From Eledone cirrhosa (Eukaryota), in contig OZ024741.1 of NCBI GenBank assembly GCA_964016885.1, positions 30,504,001 through 30,568,000 of the forward strand: DNA of 64,000 bases. Reading direction: 5' to 3'. The position numbers and the translations under genes are program-made. Below the pieces are notes generated by a model. It did not search any database. It had not been told where the DNA came from and saw only the letters and a program-made list of their open reading frames with translations. Shown one piece after another: positions 39,062 through 52,276 of the stretch (the stretch's first letter is position 1; the number at the start of each line of letters is the position of its first letter).

Positions 39062-39516
39062 TCTAAACTATAATAAAGTAATGAATGCAGGATTGCCTCC
39101 AAAATATATTATTTTATCCCGTTTGTAAAATAAGTTGGATTACTTTGAATAAATAATGAATGAATATTACATAATTTGTCTACTAAATTTCGTTATTCTT
39201 GATTAAATATAAATAATTTTGTTGCTTATTTTAAGATTCACATCTTTAAAATTTTCAAATGTCAACACTTCCGTTTAGCGATCGTTTAAATAAACATTCA
39301 TATATTTCCGTCACTAATTTTCTCCTAATGCAATTTTTATATAATATCGTCTTTTATTTAATGCATCATGGATTACGTTACTGATTACATAAGACAGTAT
39401 AACGCAGTCTTCGTTCAATTACTGTGTATATTGTCAATTACGATTTTCTCTGATGTATCATATCTACATGGATATATACTTGCGTATAATATCAATATGC
39501 ACACTACACATGCTAG
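39062..39516 (+). mobile_element. Non-autonomous Helitron (SINE-free copy, 3' hairpin deleted)
   Basis: A|TCTAAACTATAATAAAG ... CTAG|T; body is the reverse complement of 5809-6450 without the SINE. Confidence 0.72.
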
Positions 39517-39661
39517 TATATATAACAATCGATAATCAAGATCCCAGACTTCATACGCTTAGAGAATGGGGTGGAACTCGTTAAATCGGACAGAAAAGAA
39601 CAATGTTTCCAGTGGTCTTTCCAATTGCTAATACCTTTTACCGCTCGCAAATCCAGGTAGA

Positions 39662-39778
39662 AGGAGCAGCGTGAAATGATGTGTCTTACTGATGTGCACA
39701 ACGCATCGCCCGGTCCGGTAATTGAACTCACAAGCTCACAATGGCGACTACAATTCTCTACCCACTCAGCCAGGCGCA
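39662..39778 (-). mobile_element. tRNA-derived SINE family 2, partial
   Basis: tggctgagtgggtagag...gagttcaattacc...taagacacatcatttcacgctgctcc; matches 50511-50645. Confidence 0.7.
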
Positions 39779-40146
39779 TTCCATAAATCTATATATACGC
39801 ACATACACGTAATATTGTATTTCCCTTTGAATATATTCTTTCATTGATTCTATTAGGTCCTGGGATCCGAGCCCGCCCATACTTTAGCAACATAGTCAAA
39901 CCATTCAATAATGTTAGTCATTCGTTACATATTCATGTCACTTCTAAATATTTTTAATTAAGCATACGGTATATTGCCAAATAAACTATACATACATTCA
40001 TGTATACATCGCTATTTCAGAGCACCAATCCTAATACCTAATTTTAGCTGGACCGGCAATCGCTCTGTATAGTTAGCTCCTGATTATTACTGGAATTATA
40101 TATGAATCCATCTTCTATAATTTACGGCAGAAACAGGGGAGTACGT

Positions 40147-40188
40147 GGCTCTGATGAACGCCAACCATCGTGAAACAGACTGTCAGCT
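40147..40188 (+). ncRNA. Minimal hammerhead between ~90-bp direct repeats
   Basis: GGCU CUGAUGA ACG-ccaaccau-CGU GAAA CAGaCUG UC AGCU; repeats at 39941-40032 and 40257-40344. Confidence 0.78.
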
Positions 40189-40365
40189 TCTCTACCTTCT
40201 TTCCCCGAACAGAAGTAAGTGACATAGTCTCTACTTCGAAACTGATAGCGTATGGTCTTCTAAATGTTTTTAAACATACGGTATATTTTCAAATATATTA
40301 TACATACATTCATGTATACGTCGGTATTTCAGAGCATCAATCCTTATATATATATATATATATAT

Positions 40366-40457
<92 letters not shown>

Positions 40458-40461
<4 letters not shown>

Positions 40462-41124
40462 TTATACTTGGGGAGGATCATATTGTTGTAATAATATTGT
40501 CAGGAATAATAACAGAACACATTGTTTGGTTGGTTTTCGCTTCTGTATCTTTTATATTTCCATAGTTGTATCTCAAAAGTTCTTTCGTTGCACATCTGCA
40601 ACATCATCAGTGGTACAATTATGCTCCCTCCTATTTTATTCTAATGTCTACGCCATTTTTATTTTATTTTATTTATTCATTTATTTCTTCTTGTCTCTGT
40701 GCATGCATTTACGTGTGTATATAATGTTTGGTGTGTGTGTGTTCGCGTTTTTGATTTTCTATTCTATCTTTGTTTACTAGTGTGTGGCTATGTGTTTGTT
40801 GTTATTGTACCTATGTATATATATATTCATTTATTTATATTTCCCTTAAATCAGTAGTGTTTGTTTGGGTATGATTGTTGTTATTTCTTTAATCTTTTCT
40901 GTTTAACTTTGGTCTTCTTAGCTCTACCGCAGTTGCTTCTCTGACTTGCCTACCTGTTGAGTCATTTCTATGTTTAGATATTATTTTAATTTCTATGCTG
41001 TCTATATTACCGTCATGTCTTTGTCTGGCGTGTTCGTATAATACTGAAGCGTTTTTTTTTGTCCTTTTATTTCCCCCTAGTATTGATCTATTCTTTCGCC
41101 CATGCTTCGAGCTGCCTCACCTAT
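40458..41124 (-). mobile_element. Diverged solo copy of the PLE family B 3' end
   Basis: Colinear with 1373-2187; HHR CUGAUGA uGUUGCA-gaug-UGCAAC GAAA gaac UU at 40566-40618. Confidence 0.85.
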
Positions 41125-41174
41125 ACACACACACACACACAGACACACACAGACACCCACACACACAGACACAG

Positions 41175-41241
<67 letters not shown>

Positions 41242-41872
41242 CACATACATTTATATATGTTTAATTAAGAAATTTATCATAAATCAGGATTTCCTTTATG
41301 TAAAACAAAATAGGTAAGATGGGCTTTAGATACCCACGATTCAATGTAGTGTAGTTCTGTCACGGTTTTACTTGCAGAGCAATTGCTCATTATCATCAAC
41401 TTCCACCCGCAGGCAGTTTAATTGAATGCAGCTCGGCCAGGACACAATAAGAAATTTGCTGAAAAACTTGAATTCATTCACACTCATTTTGCATTGTAAA
41501 TATCTTTCCTTATGGAAGTCGACTCTACCAAATCGTTGACAAAACAACCTAAAATCAAGTTATAAGATAAATGTGATAAAATCAGTTCAGGAATATAATT
41601 ATACCGGACAAGAAATATTTACTATGAGGTATTCAATGAAATGGAGAAAATCTTATTTCTTGAATCATAGAATTTTGATATTAAATATCTGACGCGTAAA
41701 TATATTTAGCAGTAAAAAATAGGATTAAGATCGAGACAATTACATTTTGGTTTGCATTTGTTGCCTTATAAATCATTTTCAATTTAAATAATATTTCATT
41801 TTGTTCTAACAAATTTCAGACAGGCAGATAGATAGGCAGAGAGACAGACACACACACACACACACACACACA

Positions 41873-41917
<45 letters not shown>

Positions 41918-42041
41918 GCGCACACACACACATACACACACACATATACACATATTTATATTAATCCATGCTTACACACGAGCAAACATTCACACGCACC
42001 CATATATATATAAATATATATAAATTCATATATATATATAA

Positions 42042-42077
<36 letters not shown>

Positions 42078-42333
42078 GAATAATCGAGTATCGAAAAATC
42101 GGCACACGAGTTCACGATAAGCAAATTCGACATGAGTGGCAGAGGGCTCAATAATTCAGATCAATCAGAGCTATAACTATCGTTAAAATACCAACACACA
42201 AAGATTATGTCTAAAATCACCCATACGTCCGAAAATTTACGATCAGGAAGATTCGGGTCACTCAGATAAAATATCAATAAATCAATAAATCATATGAATG
42301 TATAAATTTATATATATATATATATATATATAT

Positions 42334-42950
42334 TTCGTTTCTGAATTTGTTTAGCAAGATTCTTTATCTGAAATCGTGTGTTGAAACCGATATTGTTATA
42401 CTTTGGGAGGGTCATGTTGCCAATAAGAAACACACGCACCAGTTGCTTTCACTTCAATTTATTATATATTTATAAATTCATAAATTTACAAATCTACAAA
42501 CTTATAAATTATAAATTTCTGGTTGGTTGGTTGGTTCCACAACCAGATAGTTGTTTATATATATAGTCATAGTCCTTTCGTCACACACTATGTGACCTCT
42601 TCAGTGACTGGGGATTCCTTTCTTCGTTTCTGTGCCTTTTCTTTCTTCTATCCTACGCCATTTTGTTTCTGTGTGTGTGTTGTGTGCTCAGTTTGCGCAT
42701 GTGTCACATCCGGGTGTCTGTGTGTGTTTGTGTTCATTTTTTTATTTGTTTATTTATTTATTGTTGGTTGGTTGTTTGTTCTATGTGTGTGTGTGTTTTC
42801 ATTTTGTCCTGTGTGTGTTTTCATTTTGTGTGTGTTTTCAATTGTAAGTTGTTTGTTCTATGCGTGTGTGTGTTTTCATTTTGTCCTTAATTGTAAGTTG
42901 TGATGTTGCTGTTCCACTCATATTTTCTATTTAATTTTGGTTTTAATTCT
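42334..42950 (-). mobile_element. PLE pLTR related to family B, with tail
   Basis: tgaaatcgtgtgttgaaac.gatattgttatactttgggagggtcat matches the reverse complement of 3962-4008; (TA)n flanks. Confidence 0.7.
42565..42609 (-). ncRNA. Minimal hammerhead
   Basis: AGUCA CUGAAGA gGUCACA-uagug-UGUGAC GAAA G-ga-C UA UGACU. Confidence 0.82.
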
Positions 42951-42980
42951 TTTATATATATATATATATATATATAGATA

Positions 42981-44213
42981 TAACGAAGGAGCTGTGGTAA
43001 AGAACCAGATGGACCATAACGCACCAGAGTACTCAATACGTAGAGTAGTAGAGTGGGTAATAGGAGAAAGTATGACCCCGACGGCAGAGCTCAAGCCGTT
43101 TCGACGGCTATTTCTTGACTAAAGTAAGAGTGTTTTTAGTCTGGTAAAGAAATAGCCGAACTTTTCAAGGGGTACTTCCTTATATGGGAAGATTGTAGTT
43201 GTCAACTGGATTGGTCAAAATTTGTAGCAGACACAGAAAAGTCTATCATGGCAGTGGGTGCGGAGTGGGGATGGCTGAACTTGCCTGTCGAACGATAGGG
43301 GAGTGGCTAGAGCCGGTCAAGCGTAGAAGGTGAAATCTATACGGCCAATTCTAAGGAATTTGTATGAAAGTAGGACAGTGGAGGTTGGCGAAAAAAGGTT
43401 TCTTTAGAAAGTAGACGAGGGACGTTATAGAAATAGTAAATTAAATGCGTTTAGGGGACAATGAACAAATATAATGTCCCCTTTCGCCTACCCCGAGCAA
43501 CCCATCGGGCCTCTTTAGCCTCAGTACCCCCACCCCAGTAACCTACAGATAGCATTCGTCGATTACGCTATTCTAACTGTACTTAGCAGCTGTGTTAGAC
43601 CCTAGAGACGTGGTATTCATTTTTAATTCTAAATTTTCAATAATTCTCATCTAGCAACTCATTGTATAGCTTTGGCCGAAATAGCAGAACCAACTAAATA
43701 TAGCAGCTGTGTTAGACTCTTTAGTTTTATTTCATTTGTCACTTTCCAATCTTACATTCTGATACATCTTTCTCTCATTTTTTATTATATTCTCTTTTAT
43801 TATATTTTTTCATTGTCCCCTAATCGCATTTGATTTACTATTTCTATAACGTCTCTCCTCCACTTTCTAAAGAAACCTTTTTTCGCCAACCTCCACTGTC
43901 CTACTTTCATACACATTCCTTAGAATTGGCCGTGTAGATTTCACCTTCTGCGCTTGAACGGCTCTACCCACTCCCCTATCGTTCTACAGGCAAGTTCAGC
44001 CATCCCCACCCCGCATCCACTGCCATGATAGACTTTTCTGTGTCTGCTACAAATTTTGACCAATCCTCTTGACAACTACAATCTTCCCATATAAGGAAGT
44101 ACCCCTTGAAAAGTTCGGCTATTTATTTACCAGACTAAAAGAAATCTTACTTTAGTCCAGAAATAGCCGTCGAAACGGCTTGAGCTCTGCCGTCGGGGTC
44201 ATACTTTCTCCTA
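42981..44213. mobile_element. Family A long fold-back
   Basis: Tail 42981-43060; arms 43061-43475 and 43799-44213; TA flanks. Confidence 0.9.
44101..44199 (+). ncRNA. Type I hammerhead, U3-A8 variant (family A); mirror copy at 43075-43173 on -
   Basis: ACCCC UUGAAAA GuuCGGCUAUUU...AAAUAGCCGuC GAAA CGGC-uugagcucu-GCCG UC GGGGU. Confidence 0.83.
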
Positions 44214-45364
44214 TATATATATTTACATCAATTCATACATATATACATATATACATGCATACATACGTGCGTACATACTTACAAACATATATACATACAC
44301 ACACACACGTGCATACATACATACCTACCTACCTACCAACATACATATATACAGCCTAAATAGGACATGAAGGTATACACTCCCACCACCCCAAGCCTAT
44401 ATTAGTTATTGTCACAGAGCTGATGGATGACATAAGGCTGCAGTTGACATATTACGTGGTTTTCTATAGAAATATGAGTTTGACTTTAGCACACACACTG
44501 CATAAGGAGGCTTCAACACGACCAGAAGAACCAGCAATTGATTAACTGTAACTATTTATACTGAACGTATGATAAGCAAATGCAAACTATATGACAGATA
44601 TGGAGAGAAATGTGACAGTAATTTTGGTGATTTAGCCTTGTGGATTTATATTGCATAAATGTATCCATTCATATTGAATAAACTAGGTAGTGGTGTAATT
44701 GGAATTACGTTGAGTATGTGTGTGTTTACGTACACGTTTAATTGTTTCTAGCTGAGCAAAATATATAACTATCATATATATTATATAACTATCATATATA
44801 ACTATCAAAACATCTTGTAGGGTATGTTATGTGAAGATATGGTTAAGTCTTCAGTAGAGTACTTAGAGAAATTCTTAGTTGTTTTTGATGAAAAAAATTT
44901 GATGTGTATTTATTAATTTGACGATTCGTCATGCGTAGCTTTGTGACTTAGAATAGAAAATAAGCATTATTTCTATTTTAGTAATGATATATTTTAAGCA
45001 AAAACGATTCAGAATGACGGCTTTATTTTTTGTATTCAAATATTTGTGTTTTTCGTCAGCATTGCATGTAGTGAATGTCAATTTAGAAAATTTGTTTAAG
45101 GAATTTGGTGCATCTATGTAAGAGTAGGTTGTATATGGCATAGAATGCATGAATTTAGAATTTCTTGGGATGGAAGTGGGAGGCCGTATATAGGGAATGA
45201 AATTATAGTTTAAAGGGTATTATATGTTGAGGTGGTGGTTTATTGATGTTGATGTAGTAATCCTGTTTAAAGGAAAATATAGTTTATATCTGCTTACCCG
45301 TAGAAGATGCCTATTCAGTTAATGTTTGTATTTTCTAAGTGCACCAGTACGTGAATTACTCATC

Positions 45365-45434
<70 letters not shown>

Positions 45435-45436
<2 letters not shown>

Positions 45437-48400
45437 TCTTTCTTTATTTGCACACATGGGCGTACGAAAATGTAACATTACAAGACCTGAGGGCAGGGGT
45501 TTTACATAAGAATCATATAACTTTAACATTAATAAATAACAATAAACTATATATAATAAAATAACAATTGAAATACCAAATAGGGAGGAACGTCACTGCA
45601 GGGTTGTTTTACACCCGTGGATAGAACAACCCAGAACACCAGGAACACGTTTTCTAGGTGTACAAGTCTTCCCTCTGTTTATCATCCTTAACCTACAGGT
45701 TTATATACAGAGAAGGCCCATTCACTCGGGACATTTTCGCCACATTCACCCATCTTTTAGCGAATTTACTGGGGTGTAGCACCTCTCTCTCCACTCTCAC
45801 CTTCCTTCAGAAGTGGTACTTATAGAACGGCCTAAGTTGTTGTCCGGAGAGAACGGTGTTTGCCCTCAGTCCGTTTAACCCCCCTCGTCCACCATAGCCA
45901 CCAGACAGAGTAAAACCGCATCTCCTTCATTCTTAAATGAAGGCGACGGGGTGATCCTCACGATGGACTCGGCTGAGAACTGGATGCGTCCCACACGTGA
46001 CAGTAGCTGTTCGACATAAATCCACAGGTCGGTCACCCCTGAGCACTGAACAATTGCGCGCAGAACAGTTTCGCTGTCCTGCTCGCATCTTGGACAGGTC
46101 CTTTTGGCAGGATCTCTGCCAGGGCGTCCGTGTCTGTTGATTTTGTCTTGAACTGATAGAGCTCCTCGGTAGCACTGCCAGTCCAGAGACCTCTGTAGGT
46201 TATCCATAGGCTCTGGTGGGAAAGTCATCCCGAACATACTGGTCAGTTCGTCCTCCTCGATCTCTAGTGTTTCCCCGAGAACGTCGTCGCACTTACCCTC
46301 CACTAATCCCCTATGGAATGTCGAAGTGGAGTCTCCGCTGATTGCGGTTTTCGCTTGGTAGAGGGCTGTGAGCGCCTGAAGTCAGTCGGGGTGCCAGGCA
46401 CCAATTTTCGGTCTTCCCTTGACCCAGGACCGCAGCTCTGTTAGTGAGACGAGTTGTGGAAGAGCTTGTCTCACAAATGACAGATACACCGGTTCACCGG
46501 TCAGGAATCCCTGGAGATGGCGTAGCCTCAGCGCGCGTTTGCGCATCATCAGCCACGGCATGCCCAGCCCTCAGTTAGAAGGGTGTTGACAGCAGATGGA
46601 TCTTCTCACCAATGGAGCCCGTTTCTTCCAGAGGAACTTGAAGGTTAGGCGTTCCATTTTGGTGAGGTATTCGCGAGGACAAGTCATGATTGTCAAGCGG
46701 TAGTAGAGGACGGACGCTATGTAAGTGTTCACCACCTCCGCTCGAACTTTTCAAGGATATTTTGCACTCAGCCCACTTCTGGGTGAGTGCAAACACCTTC
46801 GCCGTGACGTCTTGTCCACCTGGAGGTCTGAACCAAACCAGAGCCAGAGCAATTTCACCGGTCCTTCCGTCCAGCGTCCAATGACACCCTCAGAAGGCAT
46901 GGGTTCGCCTCTCCATGTGCCGAATTACAAACCGACAGACTTGTTTGGATTTAGTCTTGCCCCTGTCAACGTTTCGTAATCCAGTAATAGTTGGCCGATT
47001 ACCCCGATTTCCAAGATTTTCGACACTACTACGGTTATGTCGTCGGCATAGGCCAATGCTGCTTTCCGCAGTCCTGGTTCGATCGGGATGCCCTGCAACA
47101 GCTCTAACTTCCGCAGTAATGGCTGGAAAGTCAGTACATACAGAATAGAGGAGAGAGGGCATCCCTGACGGATGGAACGCATGATTTGGAATGGCTCTGA
47201 TAGGTAGCCATTCACCTTGATTGCCGAGCAGATGCTGGTGTGCATGGCAGCAATCCAGCCTCTGAAGACGGGACGGAAGCCGGCCGCCTTGAGAACCGCC
47301 TCCATGTATTGATGGTCGACCCTATCAAATGCCTTAGACTGATCTAAATTGACCAGAGCCCCACCGAAGCCAGGTTGACACGCTACCCTCTCTGTAGGCA
47401 ATGTTATGGGCCTGAAATGGCTTATCTCATCCCCCTTGTTATCATCTTTCCTGATTAGGAACTGGGAATCCCCCCGTTCTGCTGCCAGTTGCAGTAGACC
47501 ACTTCGAGGATGCCAGAGAACAAGTCTGACATGCCTATGTAGATCTCACAGGAAGACCATCTAAACTGGGTGATTTGCATTTGCCGCAGCGGCCTAGGAC
47601 ATCTTCTATTTCGCCCGCTGTGATCGTCCCTTCGTAGCTCTCTGCATCCGTGCACGAGAGTTGAGGTAGGAGCTGAAGTCCATCACCTCCCTCGATGTAC
47701 CGCTTTGCCCGAACAATTGTGCAAAATGCTGCCGGAAGGCAAGTAGAATGCGTCCATCTTTGTCTTGCAAAACAGAATTGTGGATTTGTGGCCACTTTTC
47801 GCCGCTGCCATTCGGGGCCAGCTAATACCTTTGGCTCCCTCGTTTCTTAGAGCACGTGTTCTACTTCTGACAATACAACCTTCATGTTTCACGTTGAAGA
47901 ACTGGTCTAGTGCCGTTCTCGCCGCTAGCACGTCAGCTGTACTGCCATTCCTAAGAGTCTCTTCTACTTTAGCTACCAGTTCCTTTTCGTTTTTTTTTTC
48001 TAAAGCTACCTCCTTGCTAAATGCCATCGATTATATTCTAATTGCTCTCTTGAGAGACCTCCACCACCTGTTGTTGACGATCGGCCTCGTCACCTGGCAC
48101 TTAACCAAGATGCTAATCCGTTTGCTGTAGGCCATACGCACCGGAAGCGACATGTTTAGCTTCCAGTATCCAGGTTCCTGTCTATGTGCTCTATTGAGGT
48201 TGACTACGCAGGTGACTAATTTGTGGTTTGAATAGGCAACCATGTGCATTTGTGGACAGTTTAATATTTCCTTATCATTCTGTCTAATTAAAAATCTATC
48301 TAAATACGATCTAGAAGACCCAGTGAGTTTGCCCCAACCCACAGTGGTGCACTTGGGAAGTCTAGTCGATATCTATCAGCCAGTTGGAAATGGCTGATGA

Positions 48401-48936
48401 GATGTTTGAGGCTAATACACGCCCCTCTATTATCTCAAGCTCCTACATACTCCCAATGTGCATCTACGATGCCATTCCAGTCCCGCGTTAACACTAAGGA
48501 GCGAGACGTTCCCAGGAATAGCTCCAGACACTTGAAGAACTCTGGTCATGATGTCCCAGTCGGGGCATATATGGCCACCAGACTGAAAGCTCCACCTTCA
48601 CTACCATTCACGTCCAGGACCACCAAGCTGCCCTCCGAGTCCAAGTGAATCGTCTGTGCGTTGAGATCCAAGTTTTTTCGAAACAGAACAGCAACTGCCC
48701 CTCCACATCCTGGCTGACAGAGAGATGCGTAGATCTCAAAGTCACCGAACATGGGGGTTAGCTGCTGCTTGTCACGAATCCTAGACACGGTGATGGCTAT
48801 CACATCTATACAATGTGACCTGAGATAATTTAAAAGCTGGCCCTGTTTCTAGGGCATGCCCAGGCCACGTACATTCAAACATCCAACTTGTATAATCGCC
48901 ATGTTGGTAAAGAAGAGTTAGGGAGATAAAAGGCAG

Positions 48937-48938
<2 letters not shown>
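45435..48938 (-). mobile_element. Decayed Tx1-like LINE, ORF2 plus 3' UTR only
   Basis: Fragmented ORFs match 11716-15135 (DQSKAFDRV, RQGCPLS, YADD, CPRC); ORF2 ATG at 48902; (TA)n on both sides. Confidence 0.9.
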
Positions 48939-49001
<63 letters not shown>

Positions 49002-49068
49002 TAATATAGAAGTTGCTTCTACAAGACTAGAACTGTTTCATTCGAAGGAAATAATCAGGAAAGCACAT

Positions 49069-49156
<88 letters not shown>

Positions 49157-49292
49157 AAATGAACGAAGTTAAATCTAACCTGTTGATTTATACTTCTTGT
49201 TTATATATATATAGATATGTATATTTAAACGATATATAAACAAATCTCTTTCATATAACCAGTTGAGAAACAACTAGTATCATGTATATATC

Positions 49293-49907
49293 ATAATTGT
49301 TTCTCCTTTTGGCACAAGGCCAGCAATTACCCAGTTCATTACTGGCACTTTACTGGTACTCTATTTTATCGACCTCATAAGAATGAAAGGCAAAGTTAAC
49401 CTCGGCGGGATTTGAACTCAGACATAAAGGGCCGTAACTCTTTGCTGCAAAGCATGGCGTCGGACTCTCAACCGATACTGCCAATCCACCACCCTTATAT
49501 ATTATTATATATTATGTATATATAATAATAATAAGTAATCTAATCAATATACATTATATACGTATAGAGTTACGTCCCTTTACGATCTGAGTTCAAATCC
49601 CGCCGAGGTTGACTTTGCCTTTTATCCTTACGGGGTCGATAAAATAAAGTACCAGTAATGCACTGGGTAATTTGCTGGCCTTGTGCCTAAAGTAGAAACA
49701 ATTATATACGTATAGAGCGTTGGATTGGCAGAATCGGTAGAGCGTCAGACACCAGGCTTTGTAGCACAGAGTTATGGCCCTTGCAATTCTGAGTTCAAAT
49801 CCTGCTGAGGTTAACATTGCCTTTCATATTTACGGGATCGATAAAATAAACTACCAGTAATTCACTGGGATAATTGCTGGCTTGTGACAAAAGTAGAAAC
49901 AATTATA
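49293..49907. mobile_element. Cluster of three SINE family 1 copies (49293-49496 -, 49562-49706 +, 49715-49907 +)
   Basis: Same consensus as 6174-6366. Confidence 0.85.
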
Positions 49908-49999
49908 TACGTATAGATTTAACCTAATTATAGTACACACACTCACCCACACACGTATACACACTGACACACACATATACACACACACACATACACTCT

Positions 50000-50033
<34 letters not shown>

Positions 50034-50510
50034 CACACGCATCAATATAAGTGATACATGAATACTTAATACAATGCAATGTTTTTCTAATGTGCAGAGA
50101 ATGTGCAAAAATAATTAATTATTCATCAGTGAATTATATAAAACTCTCCAGCATGTTTGTGGAAATGTGTGTGAGCGCGTGCTTTCGTCATTTTGGATAT
50201 ATTTGTACTGGTAAGTATCTGTACTAGTTTGGCTCAAGGCAGACTAAATTTTGCAATGTAAATATGTGAGAATTATCTGAGAATTAACATATCTGAATTT
50301 CTAAAGTTCACGATTTTGATACAGTCAGAATCTTCTAATACAGTAATTATAATATCACCAATTTTATATTAAGATTGTCTGAAGATTGAAATGTGATTAT
50401 TTAATGGCGATTGATATTAATGATATTTCATTAGTCATTGATCTGAAATCGAGAAAATAAATCGCAATTTAGAAATGTATCGGTTTATGTAGTTAGTACC
50501 AATACAGAGT

Positions 50511-50852
50511 GAAGGTGCATGGCTTAGTGGTTAGAGCGTCGCGCTTACAACGTTGTGAGTTGTAAGCCCGGTTGTGAGTTTGATTCTCAGACCGGTTGAT
50601 GTGTTGTATGCTTGAGCAAGACACTTTATTTCACGTTGCTCCAATTCACTGAGTTGCTACGTCACTGGGGCCAAACTATATCGGCCATTGCCTTTCTCTT
50701 TGACATCATCGATGGCGTGGAGATGGGAGACTGGTATACACGGATGACTGCTTCCACAAACAACCTTACTCCGACTTGTACCTCGGAAGGGAACTTTCTA
50801 TTTGCAAAACCCATGGTTATTCGTAACCGAAGGGGGTCCTTACCATTTACCC
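50511..50852 (+). mobile_element. tRNA-derived SINE family 2 (CORE-like)
   Basis: A box tggcttagtgg, B box gagtttgattct, cttgagcaagacacttt, (ttacc)-like tail. Confidence 0.75.
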
Positions 50853-51120
50853 TACCAATACATACAAATATCTAGTAGAATTGGCTAACATGTACAAATC
50901 AATTAAGTGCAGACAATATAATATTTATCATAGTGTGTGTTTACTTCAAAGTTTTCAATGACAACTGGCGTTTCAAAAATGCCTGTAGCTTCAGGAAAAC
51001 AGTCACTATTTGGGCAAATATCTCATATTTAGTGTGATTTTTACAAAATCAGTTAAACCGTGCACACACAAACAAATGCACACAAATTCAAAGACACACA
51101 CGGACATACACATGTATATT

Positions 51121-51184
<64 letters not shown>

Positions 51185-51437
51185 TGTGTGTGTGTATAAG
51201 GGTGTTTATATATATGTATATATATGCACATATACACACGTATATATGTATATATATATATATATGTGTGTGTGCGAGTGTATAGAAATTTCGTATTTCT
51301 AAAGAAACACGGTATGTTTACAAGAAACATTTATGCAAACACCGGAGCTAACGCCCTGTGGTGGTATCCAGCAGAATCAAGGGGGACAACCGTCTATCCA
51401 TTTCAGGCTTGACTGGCCTTCACCAGGACGGTCCCTT

Positions 51438-51483
<46 letters not shown>

Positions 51484-51558
51484 ACAGGGTGTCTCCGAAA
51501 ATAAACTCACACTTTAATTACCTGTACAGGCATTATTTATTGAAGAATGTATGTTGAA

Positions 51559-51758
<200 letters not shown>

Positions 51759-52276
51759 TACACCCAAAAGACTTAAAACTTAGACCTATTATAGCTGGTC
51801 CAACATGCCCCACCCACCGTCTAAGCAATTTTGTTTACATTATTTTGAAACCACTATGTATTCACATACCCAGTTTCATCCGGGATGATATCGACTTCCT
51901 GTCCCATCTTTCCAAAACCACGGAAACAGAGATTGCCCACAAGAAACTGGACGGAAAAACGATCTAAACCTGAAAGCAAACCTAGGTCATTTCCCCAGAT
52001 TGTTAAAAATAATGCTAACAGGAAGAAAAATAATATACAGAATACCAAAAATAGGACAAAATACATAATGAAACCAAATATAATATCACGACCAAAAGTT
52101 CATCAAGCGAACACCAACAGGAATATAAATCCTGAACAGAGAAAAATCCATTTTTTAACGTCAGGGCAACAAAAACCCGAAAAAGAAAAACTCCAGGAGG
52201 AAACATACCCAAAACAACTGTTCACGTAGATCCTAAAATAATTAATTTATCTAAAAGAGTTCTTGACAATGATGAA

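Noticed and set aside
41337-41458. Possible minus-strand host exon (tttcag acceptor, gtgggt donor)
   Set aside because: All three frames hit stop codons and there is no recognisable homology.
42981-44213. Fold-backs as DNA transposons or MITEs with TIRs
   Set aside because: One-sided tails, variable arm lengths, HHR motifs and attached GIY-YIG remnants favour a PLE origin.
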